Shown here: one piece after another, positions 1-13,112 of the stretch
How positions within the stretch are numbered: the stretch's first letter is position 1
How the letters are laid out: each line of letters starts with the position of its first letter
Position numbers and translations under genes: made by a program
DNA from: Podarcis gaigeae
Taxonomy: Eukaryota
DNA length: 64,000 bases
Direction: 5' to 3' (one strand)
Assembly: GCA_964106915.2 (NCBI GenBank)
Contig: OZ066916.1
Notes under the pieces: generated by a model
Database searches by the model: none
What the model was told of the DNA's origin: nothing
The model's input: the letters and a program-made list of their open reading frames with translations, nothing else

Positions 1-1039
1 TCAGGAACCCCTACTGCACTGTTCAGACCAGACAATGGTTTGGTTTCCTTTACCAAGTAATTAATTCCATCTCTGCACTTGATCATGACTGGACAGTATT
101 TTTTGACTACTATTGTGGGCCCAAAGGCTGCAGTTTCCTTTCTTAAGTTCCATCTAAGCATGTAAACACTCACATTTTGTAAAAGGTTGCTGGATCAGCA
201 AGTTACCAGTTTTACAGATGGAATATTGCCGGTATTTCTGGAATTTATGGCCCATTTATTTAAGCCATGGCATCAGCTATGATCTACAATTAGTTTCAGT
301 AACAACCCTCTGTGTCAACCTAAGGTCCCATAATTGCTGCAACGTTGACAAGAGCTGCTATTGCCAAATGTGGCCTCATGTAGCCCAAAACTTGCCAAGA
401 GGAGATGGAACGGGGGTGGAACTGGGGCCATATTCTTCCGTAGCATTCTGATGCAGTAATTCAAGCTGGCAGCAATTCAAAAACCTTGGGTGGAATTCTA
501 TCCTGGGAGTTTTCTCAAACCCCAGGAGCCAGTTTTGGGGAGTGCACAGGGTGAGGAGAGTGGGGGAACCCCTTGCACTGGGCTTCTGCTGGTGGGGTTC
601 ATTAGATGAACCCTGCCCTTAGACTCCACCTGTACTATACATTTAAAGAAGAACCATGAGACTTTCAACAATCATGGGAACCAAGTTTGTTATGGATGTT
701 AGAAGACCCCTGTTTTCCCTAACAAAGCTACAATCCCAGAGTTCCCTCAGAAGAGGAAAGGACTATTAAACCACTCTGAGAACTGTAGCTCTGTGAGCAG
801 AACAGGTTTCTCCCAACAATCCTCAGCATCTTTAAAAACCACCGTTCCCAGGATTCTTCAAGGAAAGCCAGGACTATTTAAAACGATGTGATACTGCTTT
901 AACTATATAACGTAGATATGGCTAAAACTGACAAGAAACACATGCCCTGAATAGATCCTCTTGCCTTGCTCAGAATGCTATAATAGTACAAGACCCACAG
1001 CATGTTTATATACACCTGATGCAGGTGTGAGTGACTCAC

Positions 1040-1167
1040 CTGAGGTATCACCATGACTAGAGCGCAGATCACTGCACTCGAGATGAGGAATGGGATCAAG
1101 GTGTTCCTTCGTCCCAGTTTGTCCATTCCTATGCAAGCCAGGACATAGGCAGGAAGCTCCACAGCAC
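1040..1167 (-). CDS. SLC22A16: SLC22A16 coding exon 5 (gene continues beyond window start)
   Basis: Acceptor GCTAG|, donor CAG|GTGAGT, 128 nt. Encodes (G)AVELPAYVLACIGMDKLGRRNTLIPFLISSAVICALVMVIPQ. Cumulative CDS 1320 nt = 440 codons, in frame. Confidence 0.95.
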
Positions 1168-3538
1168 CTAGCATCAGATAATTCACATTTTAAAAATGTG
1201 TTAGATACATAAAGACATGGCTAGACTGCTGCTTCTCGTGATTTTTATTTTCTCTCCAGTGTGGCCTTAGCCTGCCCCTCCCCTTATGCCTCAGCCCTCC
1301 CGATCTGCAATATGGCGATGGCAACAGGGCGGCCTAGAATACTGCGAGGTACTGAATATGAAATACACTTGCCACTTGGGGAAAATGATCTGCAGAAACA
1401 AAGGCTGTTACAAAACAACTTTCCCCAGGTGTCAAAAGGATACCTAAAATGGCTCCTGCAGTACTATGTCAAAAAGCCGAAATAAAAAAAGAGTTCTTTG
1501 CTCTGTGGCACTTTAAAGACTTATTGTGACACAGGCATGCATAGGGTGAAAAGGCCCTTAGGCCTGCCAGTTAACTGGAGCTCATATGACTAACATCCTG
1601 ACACTAAATATATTGAAATAACGGGCACAATCCCATCAAACTGAAATACTGTGAAATGTCACTGATAAAAATGGAAGAGATTTAAGTGTATGTTTTAAGT
1701 CTCCCGCTGAAATCAGCAGCACGGCTCCAATTTGGCTAAACCATTCCTTAAGTGGTCAGAAGCTAATAAATGTCTTCACGATTACAGAAAAATTCACTTT
1801 TGTAACAGTATCGATCCACTGGCAATACACTGCTGCTTAACAAAATGGAATACTAGCACCTTATCTTAAGCACATCCTCAAAAATGTCAACTGATGATGC
1901 TAGTTTGTGAGAAAGAACAGCCCAGCCCCATCCACAGCTTCTGATGCTGTGCACAGAGGCATTTGTCCTGCATACAGCTACAGCAGCCATTCTAGGCAAG
2001 GCAGGTGAGGGAGGGCTGGCCACCTCTGTTCCCACAACCCTTCTGTGTTCCAAGTGCTACTTCCTGTCTGCCTGCATAAACGTCTGCAAGAGCATTAAAT
2101 GGCCAGAGGACTATTAGGATTCCCCCCCCCCAGTAGCTATAGCAGTAGCAGGTGGCATGGTGGGGCAGAGACGCTGACTTGACCTCTTGGCAGGTGCTGC
2201 TTAAGAAAGGTGAGGTGGTAGGGAGGGCAGCACGGTCAACGCAAAGGCAGAGCCGACTTGGTGCTCCTGCTGCTGCGTTTGCACTGTGCTGCCCTCCCTG
2301 CCACGTCAGCTCTTTCCCATCCAGTAAGCAGCTGCAATTCACCTGCCAAGAGATCAGGTAAGCATCTCCACCCCACCAAGTCATCTGTTGCTAGGCTGAA
2401 GCCAGACCTGTACCCTGCCAGGCCTGAAGGAAACCCTTGCATGGTACTTCTGCATTGCATAGCAGCTCTTCCACAGTTTTGGTGCTGTTGTAACAATGGC
2501 TCCTGGTCAGATGTTGGGGCCAACTCCCGCTGCCAAAATAAGGAGACAAAAATGTTCTCTGGATTCAGCACTGGGAGCCCTGCACTTGGTTCTAGGCTAT
2601 GTTATTGCTGCACAGCACAGAAGCATCTGACTCCAAGCATCTGATCATGCAATTTCCAGCAGGTTATCTTATATGTGTAGTGAGGCATCAGTACAGTGCA
2701 CTGCATGCACAACTCAACATGTGGCACAGAGTACATGTGCATACGCTTGATTTCAGCATTCTTTCCCCTCTTTGTGGATGTGCAAGGATTTGAGGACATG
2801 CATACAGAAGTATGCACCTGCATCCTCATAGCACACCAGGTAATGTGTACAGTGGGAGAAGCAGGCATACTTGATTCTCATTTTTTGGCCAGCATTTCTA
2901 AACCACATTTGTGTAAACCAGGAGTGGTTAAACTGTAGCCCTTCAGGTATTACTGAACTGCAATTCACACGATCCCTGGCCATAGGCCATGCTGGCTGGG
3001 GCTACAGGTTAGCCACCGCTGCTGTGCACTAACCTTAAGTGAAAGCCAAATGATTCATGTGAATAGTAGCCATTTGAAACCAATCCCATAGTAAGAAATT
3101 CTGTAGTGAGAGGCCTAAAGGGACAGAGAAGCTTTGCAGAATAGCCAGAACATTCATACAGGCAGACTATAGCCTAACATGTTTTAAGTTTGACAGTATT
3201 ATATCTTAGTGAACAACAATGCTCCTTGCACATGTTTCTTTGCATCTCTAAAAGTAAAAAGGCTAGAGACTTGATGAAAGCTGAACATTTAGCTGGAATA
3301 TCCCTGAGAGGGCCAGGTCCCCACTCCCATAACCACAGCCCTGCTTGAAACATGACAGTATTACCCTGAAAATCATCTGCCTGTGAAATGGCCCTCACAT
3401 TATAATTTGCATGTGTGTATGAACAGGGCCTGCGTTTGGAAGTTCACTGGTGGTGGCGACAATCACTAGACATTCATTTTTAAAAAGTTGGTTTCATTTC
3501 TGTTGCAAGTACAGTAAGTTACATCAAACAATATTTAC

Positions 3539-4085
3539 CTATGAGAAATAGATTTAAATATTCATTGCCTCCAAGGTTCACGGAACTGAGGGAGAACACA
3601 TAATATCCTAAACTCCCAGTGAACCAAATCAGCCAGACTGTAATGGTCCTTCTTGCAATGTGCCAGTTATGAAACAGATCTAAGATGTTGTGCTTCTTCA
3701 CGGGAGAAATGTCATTATCACCCGTTCTGCTACTGACTAGATCATCTTGGACGGGACACAGTTCAGATATTTTACAAGGAGTGCTTACTTTATTCCATCT
3801 TGCCATTACATTAATTACTTTTTGTGCTTCTTCGTATCTTCCCTCTGTGAGCAGCCAGAAGGGTGTCTCTGGGAGCATCCAGCAGCACAAGACAAAGGGG
3901 AGAGTTGTTACGGAAAGGCATATCTGGTAGACCCACCAGGTCGGGGCCAAGTAGCCTACCAGAGCCACAACCATAATCCCCAGTGCAAAAAACGCATGGA
4001 CGTGCATGGATGCCCACGTCCGAGCCTTTATGCCAATATATTCAGTCACATACACAAACACTACAACCAGATAGCCACTTGAAAC
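3539..4085 (-). CDS. SLC22A16: SLC22A16 coding exon 4
   Basis: Acceptor CTCCCAG|, donor AG|GTAAAT, 547 nt. Encodes VSSGYLVVVFVYVTEYIG...LPETPFWL...NLGGNEYLNLFLI, including the SLC22 PESP-like motif. Confidence 0.96.
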
Positions 4086-4357
4086 CTGGGAGGTGGGGGA
4101 AAAACAGAGAAAGAAAACTGCTTCAGTCTAGTCTCCCTCTACAACAAGAATTTAAAATAGATGGTCATGCTGCAGAGGCTCAGAATTTTAAGAAGTCTGC
4201 GATCTGCAATAAAGAGGAAAACGGTGATCCAAGAACAAACGAAGCAATAGTATTGGGTATAAATGTAGGCTATAATCCAGCCAAAAAGGGAGCCAGTGTG
4301 AATTGGATCAGGGTGATCTAGGTTCAGATTTCCCCTCAGCGATGGAAAACTCACTAT

Positions 4358-4624
4358 GGGCTCATCCACACTGCTGTTTGTCCCATGATTACTAGGCCTG
4401 AGTCCGAAAGATTTTTCTTTTGTCCCACTGCATTCTCTGGGAAAACCCATGCTTTACTGCTGAATCGGAACAAATGTCAATCAGGTTTTCTGCGGATTGA
4501 TGTTTGTTCCAATTCAGCTGTATTGGAAAGTGGCAGGACAAAAGAAAAGCCTCTCAAACCCAGGCCTAGAAATCAAGGGGCAAACAGAAGTAATCATGGA
4601 ACAAATGGATGTGTGGATGAGGCC
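4358..4624. mobile_element. Palindromic MITE in SLC22A16 intron 3, nested in a MIR-like SINE
   Basis: Inverted ends CTCATCCACAC..TTTGTCCCATGATTACT / AGTAATCATGGAACAAA..GTGTGGATGAG. SINE pieces on both sides (~4300-4355, ~4628-4700). Confidence 0.6.
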
Positions 4625-5129
4625 TAAGCAGTCTTGGGACAATCACTCTCTTTCTCAGCCTCGCTTACCTCAACAAAGCTATGCAGGGGGGGAAATAAGA
4701 TTACCCAAGTTCACTTCCCTGCTTCTTTGAAAGAAATATGGTATATGGCTATATATAATTAAGAAAACATTCAGTATTTAAGAACTGTTGATCAAATGAT
4801 AGAGGTACATGTTTAATGCTTCCACCTTAAATGAATATTTCAAAGTGCTTCGCTTTGGCTGGATTGGGCCTACATATATTAAAGGGCAGTCAATATAAAA
4901 CAAGGTTAGGCAATATGCTCAGAGGCAGCCAGGCAAACTCCTGGAGAAACTTTAGAAGCTCATAGAAGCATTTTTGTGTCACTGAAATCGTACTGAGATC
5001 AATCCAAGTGCTCTGGCTTAACTGGTTTAGAGACTGCAGCTAGAATACGCTTTTGGAGGTTTAATAATGAAGAGCCTTCGAAACAGTCAAGGAAATTATT
5101 TTGTTGGAAAAATCAACTTGGGTTCTTAC

Positions 5130-5247
5130 CATTGCAAGCAGGAAACGGACAATCACAAAGCTTGTGTAGTCAAATGTGAACGCCACTGCAATGCCAAATA
5201 TAAATTGGCCAGTGCTGGTGAACCACATAACGGGCCGTCTCCCCATC
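5130..5247 (-). CDS. SLC22A16: SLC22A16 coding exon 3
   Basis: Acceptor CCACAG|, donor ATG|GTAAGA, 118 nt. Encodes MGRRPVMWFTSTGQFIFGIAVAFTFDYTSFVIVRFLLAM, completing the MFS motif-A D-R-x-G-R-R across the junction. Confidence 0.96.
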
Positions 5248-6662
5248 CTGTGGAACGCAGTAAGAAAACAAGCATAAAAATAAATATTGCAGAAACTGCA
5301 TCAGAAAAACATTTCTAACTCTGGGGCTTGCATTACCAGAACAAGAGAGAAAGAATGCTGTACCTAGCAGTTTATGGCTTACTGCAGATTTTACATTTGT
5401 TATTTACTAGATTTTTATACTTGATATTTCTGTAATAGATTTTTATTAATCTCTTTTTAAAAACAAAATTATCTTCATTTCATCAACTCAAAATGAGCTT
5501 CAAAGCTCATTTTCAGAGTCTGCATTTTAGCTAATGGCTTTTTAAAGGGCAGCTGCTATTACTTTATCTTTGGATGGAGTAACTGCATAGAGCATGAGGG
5601 CAACATCCTGTCGTAAGCAAACTTCCAGGGGCCAGAGGCAAAAGTAGGTGGAGCAACAGATGTGACTCTTGCCTTTGCACAGTAGGCTACATTCCTTCCT
5701 TGCAAAACAAAAAATCTACAGACACACACCTCCAGCCCGCCAAAGCTACACACTTCTATGTCCTATTTGAGTTCAACAGGAGAGAATGCTTAATTTAACT
5801 CCCACTTAAGTTTAAGAATTTTTTAAAAATGCTTGACTTTGGCTAGAAGTTTAAGTGTTCTGAGGTCACAGGCAGACTACATACTTTTAACTATGGAAAG
5901 GCAGCATACAAAGGAAATGATGATGATGATGATGATACAAGCCTCATTGCTTGCTGCCCATTCTCAACATTCTGTAGGACCATCTGAAGTCCACCTACAG
6001 TGATGCTAAGGGGCTGGAGTATGTCTGCATTATATTGTGTGTTACATTTCCTCAACAAGGATACTGAGGTGTGTGGTGGAGTTACTGTAATTTCTCCAGC
6101 CTACGTGGCAGCTGCATTCCACCTACATCTTAGGTTCCCTTAGGCTACAATTCTGAGTACGCATGAATAGGGTTACCTTTCCGTTTTTTTTATGCTCAAA
6201 ATACATTTCCATGGATAACACATAAGCAGGGCCTCCCTCCCAAGTTAATAAAAGTGATCCAAAAATGCACTGGAGCTATATGCCTCTGGCTGAGTAACTT
6301 GTTTTCTTGTCTTTTGACTAGGGCATCAGAGAGGGTGGAAAGAGAACAGGACACCAACATTGCATGAGCTTGCAAGTCACCTACATTTCCTCTTGAAAAT
6401 ACTCAGTTAACATGCCTTGTTCAAGCTCAGCCTCTGATTGCTAACTTGATTGAATAGGAATTTTATTCCACATCTCTCAGCTCTGTGCTTTCTACTGCAA
6501 GCAGAAACTTGCTTGAGAAATCTAGAATGATATATTTTGATGGCATCCTTCTGCGCTCTCCTGTTGCGTCTAACAAACCAAACCATGTTAGGAGGGCTTT
6601 TTTTTTTTTTGGCAGATGGGGATTTGAACCCAAGTCACCAAGCTAGTTCAGTACTACTGTAC

Positions 6663-7139
6663 CTGTCAGCAATATCTCCAAAGATCACAGCTCCAAAAAG
6701 GACTCCCAACATGAATGTGGGCTGTGTGAGTTTTGCAAGCCATTCCCGCTGACAGACCAAATCCCACTCTGTCACGATGGTGCTCTGCCATTTGGTCTGG
6801 TCATAGATGAATCCATCAGTGCATGGAACATCCGTCTTGTTACCACTGTATTCATAAGTAAAATTTGAAGTGTCCTCTCGTTTGGACCTGCTGCACTGAT
6901 TAAGTTCCCAAACATCTCCATTTTCCAGCTGGACCAAGATGTAGTGTTGTGCTGATGTCCAGAGTGCCCAGGCATCCTCTATTCTTGAACTAGATGAATT
7001 ATAAATCAGAACACTACTCACGTTTCCAGGGACACTGCATATGAACTTTGGTGTAACAGCCAAGAAGACAGAAGCTAAGTAGTGGATGCCACAAGAAATA
7101 GATTGAAAAACAGATGCAAAATAAACCCATGCCTGATAT
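6663..7139 (-). CDS. SLC22A16: SLC22A16 coding exon 2 (TM1, large extracellular loop, WDLVC motif)
   Basis: Acceptor TTTTCAG|, donor AG|GTACAG, 477 nt. Encodes YQAWVYFASVFQSISCGIHYLASVFLAVTPKFIC...STIVTEWDLVCQREWLAKLTQPTFMLGVLFGAVIFGDIADR. Confidence 0.96.
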
Positions 7140-9689
7140 CTGAAAAGGAAAACAAATAATTAATTATCATTATATTTACCATTTGAAATTATATCCTTAT
7201 GTTATAAAAAGTGTCACATTTTTAAACTCAAAGAAATGGTTTTAAAAACTCAACTTTGTCCCAGTGAATTGATAGAAGAAAACACAGTTCTATTAAAATA
7301 AACAATATGCACATGGATCTCGTATGCCTTGTGTAAGGAACATAGACACAGGATCAGGGTCCAAAGTGTTTTGCAATCTGCAGTTGAAGGATTAAAATCT
7401 ACATTTTAGTGAGACAACTGGCAAAAATGACAATGATTTTAGCCAATCCAGTTTATAGACCATAAATAAATCTTGTCCTTTTTGCATATTTGGATTTCAA
7501 AATGGCTTGCTGCTGTTTCTATATTAACAACAGGTCAGAGGTGGGGATGGATGAAAATCAACCTGGGGTGTTAACCTGGAAAAAACCTTAATCCCGGAAA
7601 TTGCACAATCAGAGGCGGGGAAGGAACATCTCTCCAAGAAGTTCCCCTTTCTTGAGAATGGTCTCCTCAGATGGAATAAAGGATTCAGCACACACTTACT
7701 GTGGTAAGAGGTGGAATCTACACACATATAAAACCCATTTTGAAAATGCTTTTTTTTAAAAAAATAATACACTGAATTTTCCATAAGGCTCACCATTACC
7801 ATCTAGTGTCACATTGTATATTACACTTAAAACACACTTAAAATGTTTTATTTGCAGCTTTATAGCTGAGTCCAGAGTTACAGCCCAGTTTCAAGGAACA
7901 GCACCTCACCTCTGCTTTAGGCTGTTCTTTAACAGACTATATTACCTTTTTCTAAGCATTTCCAGTGCTAGCTCTTTAGTTACTATTGTTTGTTGACTGA
8001 CTGTGACATGTCTAATTATTGTTATGACTATTTTTTCTGTTACCTATAGATTTCTTTCACTAGTCAAAAACAGTAAGCTTACTGAAATGCATCTTAGGCA
8101 ACCTTGGATGAGTATATACTTTTATAAAAGAAGGCATTTATTTTGTTGAGAGACATCTATCCCCACTTTGATTATTTTTCCTAACCATTGGTCTTGATTT
8201 TTTTCTTATATTTTCTGCCCTGCAGAACCATATTCATCTTTTGGGGGGGGGGGGGGCTATGTGTAAAGTTCCTTATGCAAGTTTTATTTCACTGATTTTC
8301 CATATATCATGCATACAGCTCTTATCAAAACATATAAATACAATTTTGCTTTCATCAAGAGTCCTTATATCAGTATGGTATCTTAACATTTATAACTTAG
8401 TAGCCTGAATAACTAGGTAATTTTCCTATTCCCCAAACCCAGCAAGTCTTGTGTACACAACACCCTCAACATACCAGGCCTACTGTGAGTGCAAAGGATG
8501 AAGAGCCTCTGTTCACAAACCCAAATTACTGCCAACATTGGGCAAAAGCCACACAAAGGGATTCCAAAACTGGCTTCACGTCCATTTATTGCAACACTTC
8601 CCAAAGGGAAGTCGGAAGAAACTTGACTTATGGAAACCAGAAGCACACAGGACCCAAGCTGAAGCAGGGCTCTGAACGAAATGTACTGAAGAAATTGTAT
8701 GTGGAGGAGCACTGAGGGAAATCTTCATTTATCACCACCACCCAGTGTCACAGCTGAAACAAAGATGCAGAGAAGCAATGGCTGGAGGAGTAGTAGGAAC
8801 AGGAAAGACCCTTCTGGCCTATCTTCAAATCCAGAAGTTTGCCACAGTGCCTATGGGGCCTCCCAGAAGCAACCTCATCCCACATTATTCTGGAGGCCTC
8901 AAACTCTCCAGAGAGGCTTTATGAGATGGTGTGGGGATGAGAACAGGAAACTTTCCTTCCATGACCTTCCTCAAGTTAGCTAATCTTAGGCTCTAAGCCT
9001 GTGGCTGGATCTCCCAAAATAAATGAACAACAGGTTATTGAACATATTTCAGAAATAACAGCAAAACAACCCCAATAAAAATGCCTATCGATCAATAAAA
9101 CCATTACAGACTAAAGTATAGAAAAGGAGAAGTGCAAAAATCCCATAGCAACATGTTGCATTTCCCCTTCTATTCTGGAAACCTCAGAGCATCCCACAGG
9201 ATTTATGGCACCAAAATTATTTTGGTACTTTTCCTGTCCTTCCAAATACCTTCACTAGGAAACTGCTTATTCACAGACAAAAAGGCAACTGTAGGGCAGC
9301 AGGCATCTGAGGGGTGTGTTCCAGAGGAGGAGAGTCCCAGTAATAATGCCACCAGTGATACCTACTGTGTTCCACAACTTTAAGAAGAAGGCACTTCTTT
9401 CCACAAGCCAACAACCAAGTATAAATAGCTGGACATTTCTTCTTTTGGGTTACAGAACTGCCAGAAATGTATGGAAAGTTTGCAAGGCTACACAGCCCAA
9501 ACTTTCCACAACACTTGCTGCTTTGTGCACTACTGGATGTCATGGAAGGACAATTCCAGTCCCCTCCCGAGGTGCTTTCAGAAATGTGTAAAGAAGTGTG
9601 TAAACAACAAACCTATTTGAGATGACTGTGTAGAGCAATCATTTGTGGAATGGATCTGCGGTGCTCTAGTATTTACCATCCCGTTAGGA

Positions 9690-10045
9690 CAGGAGTGGGC
9701 AAACTTTGGCTCAGGAACTGAATGCAACCCTCCCGGTCTCCCTGTTTGGCCATCAAAACTCTGTCTAGGCTACACCCCATCTCTCGTCTTGCTCCACACC
9801 CTCCTTGAGTGTTTTTACCTGGCTGGAATGTGTCCTTGAGCCCTGATCACGCCTTTGGTTTCCCTGGGTGGAGGATAGAGAGGGGTGTGTGAGTGCATGT
9901 AGAAAATAGCCTACTGAAACAAAGATAAAATGTGCATTCGTCACGCTGACCCCTTTGCCTCTGACCCCATTCACTACCAACATGTGACCCCCAGAAGGTT
10001 GCCCAGAAAGGAAAGCTTTAAAAAATGGTTCCCCAGCACTGAGCT
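9690..10045. mobile_element. Degenerate hAT-like non-autonomous DNA transposon
   Basis: Begins CAGGAGTGGGCAAACTTTGGC and ends ...AAAAATGGTTCCCCAGCACTG, the CAG(G)...CTG hAT-type termini. Confidence 0.5.
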
Positions 10046-10395
10046 GGCTCCTATACCACATGAATAAATTAATCCTCAAAATACATGAAGCCAGGAAAGT
10101 CATAGAATAGTGTGGACTTTGTGCAAAGCAAAAAAACAAAAGCAAAAGTCAACAAACTCCATTATGTTGCTTCTCATTTATAAGTAACACAGCAAGTAAG
10201 AGCTTAAAATGTCACTAAAAGGCACACATTTCACTGGGAATTAAGTGCCTTACGTACCGGTAATCTCTTCAAAGTACATAATGAATGCTGTGCCTACTGA
10301 GCATGCTCAAGCCTCACTGGGCTGTTTTGGGTATACTCCACTCCATTCTGGTGTTTTACAGTGGGGTTGGACACATTTGTACTCAATTCCAGCTA

Positions 10396-10637
10396 CAGTG
10401 GTACCTCAGGTTAAGTACTTAATTCGTTCCCGAGGTCCGTACTTAACCTGAAACTGTTCTTTACCTGAAGCACCACTTTAGCTAATGGGGCCTCCTGCTG
10501 CCGCTGCGCCGCCAGAGCACAATTTCTGTTCTCATTCTGAAGCAAAGTTCTTAACCTGAAGCACTATTTCTGGGTTAGTGGAGTATGTAACCTGAAGCAT
10601 ATGTAACCTAAAGCATATGTAACGCGAGGTACCACTG
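10396..10637. mobile_element. Tc1/mariner (Tigger/pogo-like) MITE
   Basis: Terminal inverted repeats (TIRs) CAGTGGTACCTC / GAGGTACCACTG, flanked by TA on both sides. Internal TAACCTGAAGCA repeats. Confidence 0.88.
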
Positions 10638-12895
10638 TACATGAAAAATACTGCATTTCTGCACCGATTCCTATGGGCAGCTCTCACTTCCATCCTTGAG
10701 TATATTTAAAAACAGCTTATCCAAATACAAAATTTTCCTTTTTCCTTTTTGTAGCTACTGTTTTAAAATATCAGAATCTCCCTTCCTCCATCCTCCTTTA
10801 CCAGTCACTTCATTCCACTCCCATCCCATTTTCTGATTTCCCCTTCTCTTGTGTCAATCAGCATTCCGTGGGCCAAGCGTTTTGGGTTATTTTGTGGGAC
10901 TTCCTCTAGCTTAGAGGTATTTTTTGTACCTCTGCAAACCTTGGGGTTATCCTGGGTCTGTCAATATCACCCCCTTGTGTATGGATGGTCCCTTTTTGGG
11001 TACGTATGTGTGAGCACACGAGTGTCGCTGTAGGCAAACACTGAAACTAAGTTTAGTAAAAGCATGTTATATATCCTATAAATATGTCATAACAGACCAG
11101 TCAGTCAAGGTCTAATTGTCCCTTTTTGTTACCTGTATTTTTCATTTTTGGTATAGACCCATAAGGATTCCCTGGGTCGCGAATAAAGCCTTAGGCAGTC
11201 ACTTGAACAGAGGCCACCTGCTATAATTACAATGAATCTGTCAGCACTGAACATGCCTCTTGACCTCACAAATACATTATGAACCCCACAGAAGGGGGGA
11301 AAATGTTTGGGTTAAGCGAATGGAGGTTCAGATTTAGAGTGAAGCCATTGCAGGTTGACATATAGGGTGAAGGAAGCAACCCCACTCCTTCTCCCCCTCC
11401 AGCTTCCTGCATTCCCGGTGCTGCTCTTCCTTTAAAAAAAAAAGCACATTGGGGCACCTTACATACATAGATTAGTCCCTCGTATGTTCAGTTAGCCCTT
11501 CGTATCCCACTTTTAAATGTCCTGGTGAGACTTTTCCCAAACAAGAACAATCTGCTTCTGTCCATTAAAACCTAGTTCTGTCTTTTCCTTCTTTAAATCC
11601 TTAAAACACACACACAACCATTTAATAACAAAAAGGTACAGAGGAGCAAATTACATTTTTGTAACTCATTACTGGATATGATTTATTTTTGTTAATTTCT
11701 AATCTTCAAAGGCTCTTCAGCATAGTATTTCCATCCATCAATTATGATGCATGTTTGATGGGATTTAGTTCATTGGTTTGTCTATTTATGCAAGTTATGA
11801 AGCAATACCAGTGTTCAATAAAATAGTATGTTGTGGTAATGCCAAGCAAAACCCAAAGGATGATATCCAACATTGGGCATATTCGAAAGGGACCCACTGA
11901 GACCAACGGAGTTGCAGAACCTAAGTCAATTAATTTCAGAGGCTCTGCTCTATGACTTTGTTGGATATCACCCTAAGTCTCTGCTAACTACACACTATAA
12001 TTGAGACATCTACAGTATCATATAATTGTCTGAATATTGTCTATATTAGGCCTATTTCTGTGTTTGCACTTGAGTTCTTCTTTTCTCCACAGGTTGTAGG
12101 GCTTCTCAAATACCAGTGAAATCTAGAACACACTGAACCCTAGAGCAACTTAAGACAGTTAACAGGATACGTTAATATACCGTGAACAATATCTCTACAT
12201 GCGTTCAGGTTTTCTTGCTTTTAACAGACTGCTCCTCAGGGTTTGCTGGAACTGATCAAAATTCTGCACATAACGTTTGGATTATTTACCAGTCAGTCAC
12301 AGAACAGAATTTGCCCAAGGCATTGTGGTGCTTTTGTATTATGATACAGGTGCACTTTGCAGCATTACTGAGACAAGACTTCACTTGCGCATCGAACAAA
12401 ATATTTTAATAATTCAAGCAGTTGCCCACCCATGGAATTATAAACAACTGTGTGAGTCCCAAGGCTGTCTTCTTTGGCTTATAAGCAAGGCGTGCCCTCC
12501 TGCAACTAAAAGAAAAACGTGCAGAGATTTAATTTATACGCCTTTTTCTAAGAAAGGTACAAGAAACCACCAAGATAGTTACTTGGAACTAGAGGTGAAA
12601 TTAATCACATCTTTGAATTCCCTGCTTGGTGTTCTCCTCTTTTTAAACCTAACTGCAGCAGTAGGGCTGAGGGCATGGTGTTGAAGGAATGTTGTACTTT
12701 CACCCATCTTTACTTTCATACCATTTTCCATTTTCACCCCTTTGCTGCTTTTTACCCCTGAGGTTTCTATTGCAAACAGAAAGGAGGATGTCCGCAGGGG
12801 AAAGTGTTTCTAGAAACCTACAGTCCAGCAAATAAAAGTCAACAGCAGGTATGAGAAACCTGTGATGCTCCAGATATTGCTGGATTGTAGCTCCA

Positions 12896-13112
12896 TATGG
12901 GGTGTATGGGGCACCAGAGGAGGGGCAGCACCTTTGATGGGAGCACATCATGCTCCTTCTGGGATAGTTTGTCCATCTTTGGTTCCCACCCTATGCTCAG
13001 CTCCCCAGTTTATTCCAGTTGGCACTCCTGCTTTGGTGCTGCTTATGCAGCGGTTTGACTCCACCCCCCAAGGTGCACTCCATTGTCTCTTGAAACAGAC
13101 GGATGCCAACAA
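12896..13112 (+). mobile_element. RTE-like short retroposon inserted in a palindromic MITE
   Basis: Perfect 8-bp TSD TAGCTCCA (12888-12895, 13113-13120). Ends GCACTCCATTGTCTCTTGAAACAGACGGATGCCAACAA. Host MITE halves at ~12845-12895 and ~13113-13190. Confidence 0.65.

Noticed and set aside
1992-2644. Cluster of 110-130 aa ORFs on both strands
   Set aside because: GC-rich degenerate repeat sequence in SLC22A16 intron 4, with no homology signal or splice logic.
10420-10625. CRISPR-like or regularly spaced repeats (TAACCTGAAGCA)
   Set aside because: Irregularly spaced internal repeats of a mariner MITE in a vertebrate genome; no cas genes.
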